From positions 310,001 to 374,000 of the forward strand of contig JBODTK010000155.1 in the NCBI GenBank assembly GCA_050613775.1: a stretch of 64,000 nt of DNA, read 5' to 3'. The notes beneath the pieces were generated by a model. That model was given only the letters and a program-made list of their open reading frames with translations, had not been told where the DNA came from and ran no database searches. Numbering within the stretch: the stretch's first letter is position 1; each line of letters opens with the position of its first letter. The translations under genes and the position numbers were made by a program. The DNA comes from Neocallimastix sp. 'constans'. Taxonomy: Eukaryota. This document shows positions 13,767 to 29,830 of the stretch, piece by piece.

Positions 13767-14240
13767 AATAATATTGAAAATGAAATTGGTAATAATGATA
13801 AAAATAATGAACAGGAAAAAATAGGTAATAATAATATTAATGATGATAATAAAAATGATGATCAAGAATTTGCTGAAATATTTACTGAAGAAAAGTTAGA
13901 AGAAGAAAATGAAAATGATAAACAAGAAAATGATGGGGTAGAAAAAGATGAAGATGAAGAAAAAGAAGAAAAAGAAGAAAAAGAAGAAAAAATAGACAAA
14001 CAAGGATCAAATAGAAAAGAAAAAGACGAAGAAGAAAATGAAAAGGATAAACAAGAAATATATAGAAATGAATATGATGAAGAAGAAAACAATGAGAGTA
14101 AAGATAAATATAAAGAAAATAAAATTAAAGAAATAAATAAAACGAAAAAAATTAAAAAGTGTCCAGCATGTAAGGAATGTATAGATTGTGAAAAATATAC
14201 AGAATATATTAATTCATGTCCAGGAACATGTGAAAAGTAA
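11593..14240 (+). CDS. Secreted cysteine-rich repeat protein (signal peptide, Opy2-like 8-Cys domain, 11 six-Cys repeats); exons 11593-11685 and 11892-14240, about 813 aa
   Basis: Exon 1 reads MKSFIITVLELLLLQYILAGPYVCVKCPLDD. A phase-0 intron GTAAAT...AAG (11686-11891) joins it to exon 2 SIEPCPGGCNEGEECAFISRTCETCQYFECKP, which is in frame with ORF 12078..14240. Confidence 0.85.
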
Positions 14241-14360
14241 AAAAGATTAAAATATAAATTGTCCAACATGTGTTAAACAAATGAATTGTTCAAAAATTGA
14301 TTTTTGAAAATCAATTCTTTCGTCATCTTATGTTATATATATAATTAAATAGTAATTAAA

Positions 14361-14391
<31 letters not shown>

Positions 14392-14441
14392 GAAAAAAAA
14401 ATTATTCATACATAGTACTATTTTTAAATTTAATAATAAAA

Positions 14442-14476
<35 letters not shown>

Positions 14477-14896
14477 CTATATATATTTTCTTATAAACTA
14501 ATTTTTCATTTTATTTTTCATTTTATTTTTCATTTTTTTAATATTTATAATTTGAATGTATATTTATTTATTATTTAGCCATTTTTATTTTAATTTAATT
14601 TTTTTTATTTTTTTTTTATTTTTTTTTTATTATTTTTTATTTTTTATTTTAATTCTTTAATCTTAAATTATATTTAATCTTTGCGTATACAAATTCATTT
14701 TTTTTTTAAAAAAAAAAAAAAAGAAAAAGAAAAAAATATAAAGTAAAACAAAAAATAAAATAAAATAAAAAATAAAAAAAAAAAAAAAAATAAAAAAAAA
14801 AAAGTATATATATATTTTATTAATAAATTTATTTATAGAAATATAAAATAAATAACTTTAACTGTCTTATATATATATATAACTATTATTAATTTA

Positions 14897-14938
<42 letters not shown>

Positions 14939-14939
<1 letters not shown>

Positions 14940-15134
14940 GTTAAGAAATTAGAGCACACTTAATGATAAATATATAATATTATTAGTCAATTAACTATTA
15001 TTTTATATTATATTTTGTTAAAATAAAAGACCTCAATTTCAAATATAAAATTACATTATTTCTTTTATATAATTATAAGTATGTATACACTATGTAATGT
15101 CATAATGTACATAAAATAAGTGTGAACCTTAACA
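14939..15134 (-). repeat. 3' LTR of the copia element
   Basis: TGTTAAG...CTTAACA termini; direct repeat of 19916-20111. Confidence 0.95.
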
Positions 15135-15142
15135 TTCCCCCT
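15135..15142 (-). promoter_or_regulatory. Polypurine tract (AGGGGGAA)
   Basis: Purine run immediately upstream of the 3' LTR on the element sense strand. Confidence 0.85.
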
Positions 15143-15207
15143 ACATTATGCATTACCAGTTTAACTATTTTAATCTATTTTAATCTATTTTATTTTATTT
15201 TATCTTA

Positions 15208-15241
<34 letters not shown>

Positions 15242-15246
15242 TTATT

Positions 15247-19773
<4,527 letters not shown>

Positions 19774-19901
19774 TTTAATAATTTATTTATAAAATCTAAA
19801 ATAATGGAAATTTATCTCAATGATAAATGTATAATTAAAATATTTGTAAAATTTAAAATATTTGTAAGATTATAAACATTACTATGCTAGTCTCAATTCA
19901 T

Positions 19902-19915
19902 TGAGACTCTTAATC
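19902..19915 (-). promoter_or_regulatory. Primer-binding site GATTAAGAGTCTCA, complementary to the anticodon arm of tRNA-Lys(CUU)
   Basis: It abuts the 5' LTR and has no canonical TGG. The plus strand TGAGACTCTTAATC matches the anticodon stem-loop of eukaryotic tRNA-Lys(CTT) as recalled from memory. The same 14-mer occurs at 9572-9585. Confidence 0.8.
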
Positions 19916-20111
19916 TGTTAAGAAATTAAAGCACACTTAATGATAAATATATAATATTATTAGTCAATTAACTATTATTTTATATTATATTTTATTAAAA
20001 TAAAAGACCTCAATTTCAAATATAAAATTACATTATTTCTTTTATATAATTATAAGTATGTATACACTATGTAATGTCATAATGTACATAAAATAAGTGT
20101 GAACCTTAACC
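19916..20111 (-). repeat. 5' LTR of the copia element
   Basis: Direct repeat of 14939-15134 with two internal G/A differences and a changed terminal base (AACC instead of AACA). Confidence 0.95.
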
Positions 20112-20293
20112 ATTATTATTATTATTTTTCTAAATTATTCTATTCTATTTTATTTTTTATCCTAGAAAAAAAATTTAGATATTCCTTAGTAAAAAATTTA
20201 ATGTTTTTTTAAATAGTTAAAAATTAATTGGACTTTGTCAAAAAAAAAAAAAAAAAAAAAAAAAAATACTAATCTTAAATGTAGTTCTTTTTA

Positions 20294-20341
<48 letters not shown>

Positions 20342-20449
20342 CATAATCATTTTTTTAAGACAGTTAAAGTTAATAATAAAAAACCATTCTTTTATTTTAT
20401 ATTAATTAAGCATTTTTTCAATTGTCTCCAATGATATGGACTGCTTTTC

Positions 20450-21120
20450 TAGGTCCATTGAAAGTTGGACTAGCCTATATCAGGTATACTGATTACAGTT
20501 TTCTATAAATTCTGATGATAATCGATGATTATCCATTCTTAAGAGGTTTCAAGTACGAAGAAATTTGGAATATAGGAAAACTATAGAAAATGAACCTGAC
20601 ATTTTATGTTGCTTTAAACAAGATACATATTAACATTGGTGTTGTATATTTAATAATATTATATTAATTTCCAACATATTATTATTGTAATGAATCTATT
20701 GTATTTTTTTACTCTATAGCATTATTTTGTATATGTATTTTTCTATTGTTTTATTTAAACTCTTATGTAGCTATTGTAAAATGGAAATATAGGAGATTGA
20801 TTCACTCTAAAGCTCGTGTTTAAGAGTTTATTTAATGGATGGGAATCTTTTTATGGACTTTCACTACTAACATTTTATTTATCTTTGTATTATGATCATT
20901 ATATGATTATTCTACAGAAAATTGTTACATTAAATAGAGCTTTATTAATCAAATAAAAAAACAAAAATTCAAAAGATAAAAAAATTTTTATTTACAATTA
21001 ATAATTATACAAAGACATTTATCATATTTAAATATTTGATAATGTAAATTTAAAAAAAAAAAAAAAAAAGAGACAAGACAATCAATATTTTCTAATAATT
21101 ATTTTTTAATTTTTCTAGAT

Positions 21121-21159
<39 letters not shown>

Positions 21160-22373
21160 TTTTATTTTATTTTATTTTTTTTTTTCATTTTATATTAATC
21201 TTTATATTTCTTTGTTATTAGTATTTTGGTTTATATTAGTTTCATTTTTATCAATTTGTAATTTATAGTTCATTATGGAAAAATATATTTCACCGGGGTT
21301 TTTGCTGTTATGGAACATCTATTGACAACACAAGGTTGATTTTTATTCGTAATATACATTCATGGACCAATGTTAAAATGAAGGAATTTCTTCATTCCAG
21401 ATGAAAAAAAAAAAAAAAAATAAGTATAATATTTTTGTCAATGAAAAGAATTACTAATTTCAAAGATAATTTCTTCAGGATGAAAGTATACACTCCAAAT
21501 TTCAACCACGAAAAATTTAAAAAAGTATTTGAAAAAGCAATATTAGGAGTTAAAATTTCATATTGCAGATGCTCCAAATGAAATCATAAAGTTTCTTTTC
21601 AGCATTTAAAACAAAATTAAATATTTAATAGCACATTTATTAATGCAAACTCAGCAAATCTCAGTTCAATTAATTTAGTAAATGTAATAAATGGCAATCA
21701 TGATCTTAATGCTCCCAATATACCTAATTGGATTTCTCAAAATTCAATTTCACATTCTAATACAGAAAAGTTTTCATTTTGTCTTAGTTGGAATGCCAAT
21801 GAATGGAATTTTGTTAAAAGAGATAGTATTGAGTACTTCAATACTATTTTTAAACCTTTATTCCTATGTTTTCAGGAAGCAGTTAATGGTACCAAGGATG
21901 CTAGAAATCCTTGTAAAGTGACACTTCCAACTACAAATATTTCCTGAAAAGAATGGATCCAAATACATCATGGTTGCATAGGTTTAAATCTTAGATATCA
22001 TGTCTCATGTCATATCAAGTAGTCCTTGAGGATAATTCCTATACCTATCTTGTTTCCTTAACAGCATATGGAATCACTCTAAGTGTTCTGTAGGTAATGT
22101 CTATATTCCCACAAAGAAACATTAATTACAAGTATGATATACATTCTCTGAAGTTTTCACATGACTTCCGAATCACACTAATCATTCATCTATTCTTCTT
22201 GGAGACTTTAACATGAGCACCACTTATTTACAAGATAAATTAACCAACAGTAACCTTGGTAATTGGTTTATTCTTCCGATCAATGGTTCACCTATTTCAC
22301 TGACTAGAGGTAGATATTCACCGGATATTGAACATGTCTTAGTCAACTTAAGTATGCTGGATAAAATATCAAA
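20450..22373 (+). mobile_element. 5' portion of a LINE (long leader, N-terminal domain, APE endonuclease), 3'-truncated
   Basis: Colinear with the reverse complement of 40763-42648. APE motifs SWNANEW, CFQE and LLGDFN are visible among many frameshifts. Confidence 0.85.
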
Positions 22374-22425
22374 AAGAATATTTATTATTTATTTAATTAT
22401 TAAACAGCAAGCCACACACTAAAAT

Positions 22426-22447
22426 ACGCCACATTGCGAAATGCACT
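22426..22447. mobile_element. Isolated Mutator-like terminal repeat
   Basis: ACGCCACATTGCGAAATGCACT resembles ACGCCACATTTTCCGAAATACACT at 62703-62726 and the CGAAATGCA subrepeats at 8325-8364. Confidence 0.5.
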
Positions 22448-24952
22448 AGATTCGTAAAAAGTTTTTAAATAAAATATTGCATTTCAATAATAATTTTTGT
22501 ACGTAATAAAATTTATGTGTATAATAAGTGATGAGGAATTTTTTAGTTTGAAAATCTAAAAATAATAAAGCAATGAAAAACTATTCTATATTGTAGTCTA
22601 CAAAAGAAAAAAAAAAAAAAAAAAAAAAAAATAGTAGGTTTATAATAATATAAATTTATTCAATAATAAAGTTAGTATTAATTAACATGATCTTATCTTC
22701 AGATATAACTTCTTTATTTTATTCTATTAAATATCTCTAAGGATAGTAATTTAAATAAATTATAAAATCATGATTACTTCAAAATAGTTTTTAGTTAATT
22801 ATTTAATTTCATATATCGGTGTAAATATATTATTATATATAATTACTATGAACTTATTTTAAAAAAATAGCAATAACCAGATAAATAATGGAAATTCCAG
22901 TCAATAATTATATTCATTGGAAAGCTACGATCGATAACATATATTAATTTAACTCATTTGGACCACTAGAACTTGAAATATTGAACTTTAAAATTTTTTT
23001 TAGATAAATAAAAAATAATTTTAATTATTTAAATGGAACCTAAATAATAAATTAATATTTAAATAGATAAAATCAATAACTTAAGAATTATATGTTACTA
23101 GTTTTTATATACAATTATTAGCAATTAAATTTATTAAATTATGTAGAGTAGTAGATAATAATTTATATCATTTTAATGATTTTAATGGTTTAGATAAATT
23201 AATATAATACGTATTAGTAATAGCTTAATTAAATAAGTTTTAAAAGATTTTAAAGAATTCTATATAATTCTAAAAATTTGCAAAAAGACTTTAAATTAGT
23301 GTTTTAATATCTCAAATCATTTTATTTTAATTTATTTTATATTAAATTATTTTATTCTTATATCATTATATTAATAATTGTATAGTTATTTTATTAAAAG
23401 ATTCTTATTAATATTATCTTATTATTATATTTTATATAGCTAATATAGATGTAGATTAAATGAGCTATTTAATTATTTTGTTAATTATTATTTTTTGAAT
23501 AGTATAATAAGGAATTGAAATTCTATTCATTTAAAATCCTTGTTAAGATTATTAAACTTAACTAATTAACTCAATTATAACAATAATAATTCTTAGTATT
23601 AGTCTTAACTTATTATTAAAGCATTAAATAAAGATTCTAATAAAACATAATTATTAAATATTGAATTTCTTAACTAAAATATAAAACTTTGAGTGTTATA
23701 AATTATTTTAATTTTAATTAATTGCTATAATTAATAGAAAACCATTTTGACCTGACTAACATAACTTAAAAACCCTGAGAACCTTTACAACTTACTTTAT
23801 AAAACAATAAAAAAAAAAAAAAGAAAGTAAAAATATCTAAATATATATTAATAAAACATTATGATGTCTATTAAACACTCATTATTGCTAACAATCTTAT
23901 TACAACTTATTTAGGTAGACTATAATAAATTATATATTAATAATAATAATGGATTCCTTTTATTAATTACTATATATAATTGTTCATAACATTATTATTT
24001 CTTAAACATTAAACCTACTTTAAATATAATAATTATATATTGCTTGGAAATAAAATATCTTTTTAGATATATTATATAGAATTTAAATAGATTTTTTTAA
24101 ATAACAATATTCTATAAATAAATTTTTTACTAGATAATAAAGTAATATTTTAATAATTAAGATGAAAAGTCTATTTTTATCAAATGCTTTATTTTTGTAG
24201 CATTAATATATTCTAATATATTCTAATCTAATTACTTATTCACCTCTTTCAAGGAGAAATATTTCAGTAGATTCAGAAAGCTCTTTATCTGAAATGAGTG
24301 AGAAATATAAAGAAGAAATTAAAAAGTAGGATTATGATAAAGAATGCATGCCTTCAATATCCTTGACTATTTATAAACAGGCGTGTTCCAACATTAAAAC
24401 CGGAAGATGCTAAAGTTTTTATAAAGAACCATTAAAATACATTTTAATTTGTAGTAAAGTGCTTCATTTTAGCGAAATATTACAGCCACTTATATTTAAA
24501 AATATAATGAATGATTCAATTTCTATTGATTTGTTAGACAAAGAACTTCAATCCTATTAATGGATAATGAAGAAAATAATTTTTTAATTGATTTATTTAT
24601 AATTAATTAAGCAAAAGGTGTTGTTAAAATAATTTTTATATTTATACAATATTAGAGGATTACATTATATATATAATATTTCAATAATTTATTATGTTTC
24701 CATTATATAATTTTTTCAAATATATTTAACTAAAATTATTCATTTTTTTCTCTTTATTTATTAATTAAATGTATATAATAATAATAATAATAATAATAAA
24801 AATAATAATAAAGTATTTCCTTTATCTAAAAAAAAAATAAAATCATAAAATAATATTAAAAAAAAAAATTACATTTAATAATAAAATTATATTACAATTT
24901 TTTATTTTGAACTTTTATATAATATTAATATTATGTAAAACTTTTTTTTTAC

Positions 24953-24983
<31 letters not shown>

Positions 24984-27900
24984 CAATAATATTAATTTAT
25001 AGAGAAATAAAAAAAAAAAAATTTAAATAAATTATTTAAAATATTATTTAATAGTAGTATTCCTATTAAATCCAAATTAATAATAATTTCAATTCTCATT
25101 TTAATTATATGTTATTTTAAATTCTATTTTCATGCTATAATTGTTAAATTTGAAAATTAGATTTTTTTCTTTTTTTTTTTTTTTTAAAAAAAAAAGACTA
25201 AACTATTTTAACTAATTTAATTTCAAAAGGTTTATTTATCTCCATCCTATATTTTTATATATTTCTTTATTATTATTTTAAATTGTTTTTACCAGATACT
25301 CCATATTTTAAATAATACTCAAATTTAATAGTTTTGTTTTCTTTTAAATTTTCTATTTTATCTTTAAATAAATTAATCCAATTTTAAATACTTTATTTTA
25401 ATTATTTATATCTATTTTTTTTTTTTTTATATTTTCTTCTCATTCAATATTGTATATTTTAAAATCAGTATCTAATATTTATTAATTAATTTCTATTATT
25501 TTTATTTCTTCTTATATTATTAGTTACCGATTATTATTATTTAATTATTTATTTAATAAATACTCTTTTATTATTTATTATAAATTATATATTAATAAAT
25601 TAATAAATATTATTTTTATTATTTAATTATTAAAAAAATAGAAAGAAATAATAATCCTATTTATTAAGGAAATGATTTAATTTAGGAATTTTTTAAAATT
25701 AATATTTATATTATATAAAATATATAATCAAATATTTTACTGTATATATGATACTAAAAATAAATTAGACATATTTATAATAATCTATTTAATATTCATA
25801 TATTAGATTATTATTATTATTATTATTTTTTTTTTTTGAAGTGGATAAGTTTACAAATTTAATATAAATGAAATAAAAAAAATCATATTTTAATGATATA
25901 GATATATAATATATAATATTTAATTTAATATATTAATTTTTTTTATATTCTATATTATTGTCCATATTTATAATTAAATATATTATAATGTGTGAAGTAA
26001 ACGTACTATTAATTTATAATAAATTTGTCTAAAAAAAAAAAGAAAAAAATTAAATTAATAAATAAATTAAAATTTTATATGGATTAAATGAAATATAATT
26101 TACTTTTATGGTAGTTTAAAATTTAATAAAACTTTATAATTAATTAATTATTTAATGTGATTTTAACCTATTTGAATATATTTTAACAATTTTAATTTAT
26201 ACAAAAAAAAAATTTTAGAATAATTTAAAAATTTTAAGAACAATTTAAATAATTATAATTCTTAAAATAAGAATTATTTATTATTATTTTTTTTTTTTGT
26301 GTTTTTAAATAAATTTCCTACTATTGATAATGTAATGAAAATTTTAATTAATATATATATATATACAAATTTTATATAAAGAAGTTAGTCATAAAATTCT
26401 TTATATAAATCTCATTAATTATACTAAATAATAAATAATAAACAAAAAATAAAAAATAATTAAAAAAATTAATAAATAATAAATAATAAATAATAAAATA
26501 ATAATACAATAAAATAATAAATAAATAAATAATAATAAATATTAAAAATTAAATGAATAAAGTAATAATTAAATAATTAATTAACTATTTATTAACAAAA
26601 TTTAATATTTTTTTAATATTTTAAGAGGTTAATTAGAGAACCAATTTTATAATTTTAATTATTTAAATATAAAACAAAAATTAAATGTTTAAAAAAAAAA
26701 TAAATGAATAAATAAATTTATGACAAAAATAGTTACATTAAATCTTTTATTTTATTTTTTTTTTCTTGAATATTTAATCATTATTACTAATAACTTTATA
26801 TATATAATAGAAGAAAAAAAGTTTAAACTTTTTTTAGTTTTTATATTTTATAAAAAAAAAAAAGTATGTTCTATAATTGTTTATTTACAATATATTAAAA
26901 ATAAAAAAAAAACTTTTTTTATATAAATAAAAAAAGATTTTATTTATATTAAAAATAAAAAAAAAAAAGAATATTCCTTAAAATAAAAAATATTATATTT
27001 TCTAAAATGAAGTCCATAAAAAGTTTAGAAAATAAATATATTTAAAAATAAATAAATAAATTAATAATATATTAATATATATAGATTTATAATTATTAAA
27101 TAATTTTTTATTTTTTTATTTGTTTTTTTTTTTTTTTTTTCAATTTATATGATCAAATTATTATAGTTCAACCATGTTGGAGTTAGCATTAAATAAAATA
27201 AAATAAATAAAAAAAAAAAGGATATGTATAAAATGATTGCTGAAAAAGTTACAGATAATAAAATGTATTACAATGTTGATATAACTAATTTTTTTTTTAA
27301 AATTTAAATATATTATTTATATAATATAAATAAAAATCAAATATGGTTTGAATCTTTCAGGCAAAATATCTTAATAGATAATTAAATTTATTATTGTTAA
27401 TGTATAAAAAAATACTAAACATATACACAAATGAACATTATCTTTAATTTTACATAACTTATATTTTTTTGTTTTTTTAAAAAAAAATAATTTTTATTAA
27501 TTTATTTTTTTTATATTATATAATTCTTTTTTTCTTCTCTTTTTTATAAAATTTTTTATAAAATAAATAAATTATATAAAAAAAAAAAAAAAAAACTTTT
27601 TTAAAGTAATATGAATTTTTTTTTTTATAAATGATAATTAATGATATTAATTGTATGAAATAATATGATATTAAAAGGTTAATAATTATTAATTCTTTAA
27701 AAATAAAAACTTTTAAATTTCCTATTCTTTCCATTTTTTTTTTTTTATCATTTTATTACTTATTACTTTTTTGATACTTATCCCCATTACATTGTATAAG
27801 GAGGGTATTTACTATATTTAAAGAGGAAATTATTTATAATTAATTTATATTAAAGGTTTATATTTATATATATTCATTTATAATATATCCTCATTAATTT

Positions 27901-28114
27901 TATAAAATAATGATTCATACCATAATGAAAAATTTATAATATAAAACTTTTTTTTTTGTAAAAAAAAAAAAAAAATATTAATTCTATAAAATCTATTTTT
28001 TTTTTTTCTTATATAAAAATCATGATTATTAAATTTTATGATAGAGATAATATATTATTAATATAATTTTAAAATCCATGAAATAAATAATAATTATTAG
28101 GGTAAATCTTTTTT

Positions 28115-28157
<43 letters not shown>

Positions 28158-28365
28158 ATAGTTGATAAAGAAAAAAAAAAAAAAAAAAAAAAGAAAGACT
28201 TTACCTATTAATTATCATTATTTTATTATATACATAGAATTTATGTAGATTATATATATCTTTTAATATTAGATATATTTATTATTTTATATTATTCACA
28301 AAATATTGCTATATGAATATATTATATATATTTAATTATAGATTTTTATTTTCAATTCTTTTGGC

Positions 28366-29830
28366 TTAAACTTGAATAGTATCAACAAGATTAGATCTAT
28401 AGGTATAATTATTAACATTGTAACTAGTTGGAGCAGTAGCATAATAATTAGTTGGAGCTTCAGTCTTTTTAGTAGTTAATCTTCTAGTAACAACAGAAGC
28501 ACCACGTTTTACACTAGATGCACTTCTAGAAAGGCTTCTCTTAAGATCTTCGTATTTTCTTGGATTCTTTTTAACTAAAGCAAATGCGGCTGCAGCACCA
28601 GCAACACTTCCAGTAACTGCGACTCCTGTAACAATAGATCCAGTATTGTTTTTGCTTTCATCTTCAGCTTCTTTGTTAACTTCAATTTCTTTTTCCTTAA
28701 CTTCATCTTTAGATTCAACCTTCTTTTCTTCAGTATCCTTTTTATCCTCAGAAGCCTTCTTTTCTTCAACAGGAGCAACCTTCTTTGGAACAACAGGTGC
28801 ATCCTTCTTTGGAGCAACTGGAACAACAGGAGCAACAGGAGTGGATTTGGCAGCTAAAGGACCAGTAGGACCAGTAACTGTACTATTTGTTGCAGTATTA
28901 GCACCTACAACCTTTCCATTAAATGGCTTTGGTTTTGGAACAGGAAGTTTAGTTGATGGACCAACATTCTTTGGAGCTTGAACTGGGGCTTTAGTACTTG
29001 GAATAGCTGCTTTAGTTGGTTTAGCTTCAGTTGTCTTTCTAACAGTTGTAGTAGTAGTTCTAGAAGTAGTTCTAGAAGTAGTCTTTCTTGGTGCTGGCTT
29101 CTTTTCTTCATGACTTTCATGTTTTTCGTGACTATCATGCTTTTCATGATTATCTTGTTTTTCATTATCATGACTTTTACCACCTTCATAAACTTTTTCA
29201 CCAATAACATTACCTCTAGCATATTTACATACTAAAAGATTGTATTTACCATCATTATTACATTTTGCTAAAGCACAACCGACTTCAGTGTTTTCAGCCC
29301 AAACAATTTGAGAGAAGTGACCCCAAGCGTGGCCACCTTTATAATGATTGACAACGCCAGAATGTAAGAAAGCAGACTTTTCTTTATACCATTGATTGAA
29401 AATAGTTTCAACATTATCTGTACCTGAATTAGATGCTAAGTTTTCATGTGGTTCATCACATTTACTTCCATACTTGTCCTTACAATGGGTCATACCACGA
29501 CATTCATTAGCATATTTCTTATATAATATATTTTAAAAATTATTATAATAAAATAATAAAATAAATTATTATTAACTTTTTTTTTTTTTTTTTTTTTTAT
29601 TTTTATAGGCTAATTTAAATTATTCAAATAAAATTTGATATAATAATTACTTGAGCAGAACTAGCAAGATGACTACTCCAAGAAAGAGACTTCATATTAC
29701 TAGCATTCATTTCGCTTCTAGCTTTTTGATGAAGCCTTAATAATTTGTGCTCATCGCTTTCAGATAAGGCATTGGCACTACTACATAATAAAGCAGCAAC
29801 AGTTAATAAAGTTGAAAATCTAAACTTCAT
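28366..29830 (-). CDS. CAP/SCP/PR-1 superfamily protein with C-terminal transmembrane segment; exons 29651-29830 and 28366-29517, 443 aa
   Basis: Signal peptide MKFRFSTLLTVAALLCSSANA. CAP motifs LHQKARSE..MKSLSWS..LA, ENLA, GHFSQIVWAENTEVGCA and LLVCKY..GN. A phase-0 GT-AG intron (29518-29650) restores the frame. A T/P/K-rich stalk precedes hydrophobic IVTGVAVTGSVAGAAAAFALV, followed by KK. Confidence 0.93.

Noticed and set aside
12078..14240. CxxCxxC repeats as 4Fe-4S ferredoxin motifs
   Set aside because: The spacing is CxxCxxCxxC-x9-CPxxC rather than CxxCxxCxxxCP, and the protein has a signal peptide. Metal binding is not excluded.
13162..14269. Poly-Ile and Phe/Ser-rich ORFs here and at 53992-54390
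   Set aside because: They are alternate-frame or antisense shadows of low-complexity coding repeats in real genes.
20512..20545. CTGATGA plus short stem as a hammerhead ribozyme
   Set aside because: No GAAA follows the stem and the motif is not conserved in the second LINE copy.
22800..24600. Slightly coding-like patches
   Set aside because: Probably ancient transposon debris, but no motif could be identified with confidence.
26720..27734. Short F/I/L/K/Y-rich ORFs (also 8474, 8758, 46907, 47108, 48503, 63176)
   Set aside because: They are chance ORFs in AT-rich non-coding DNA with no recognisable motifs.
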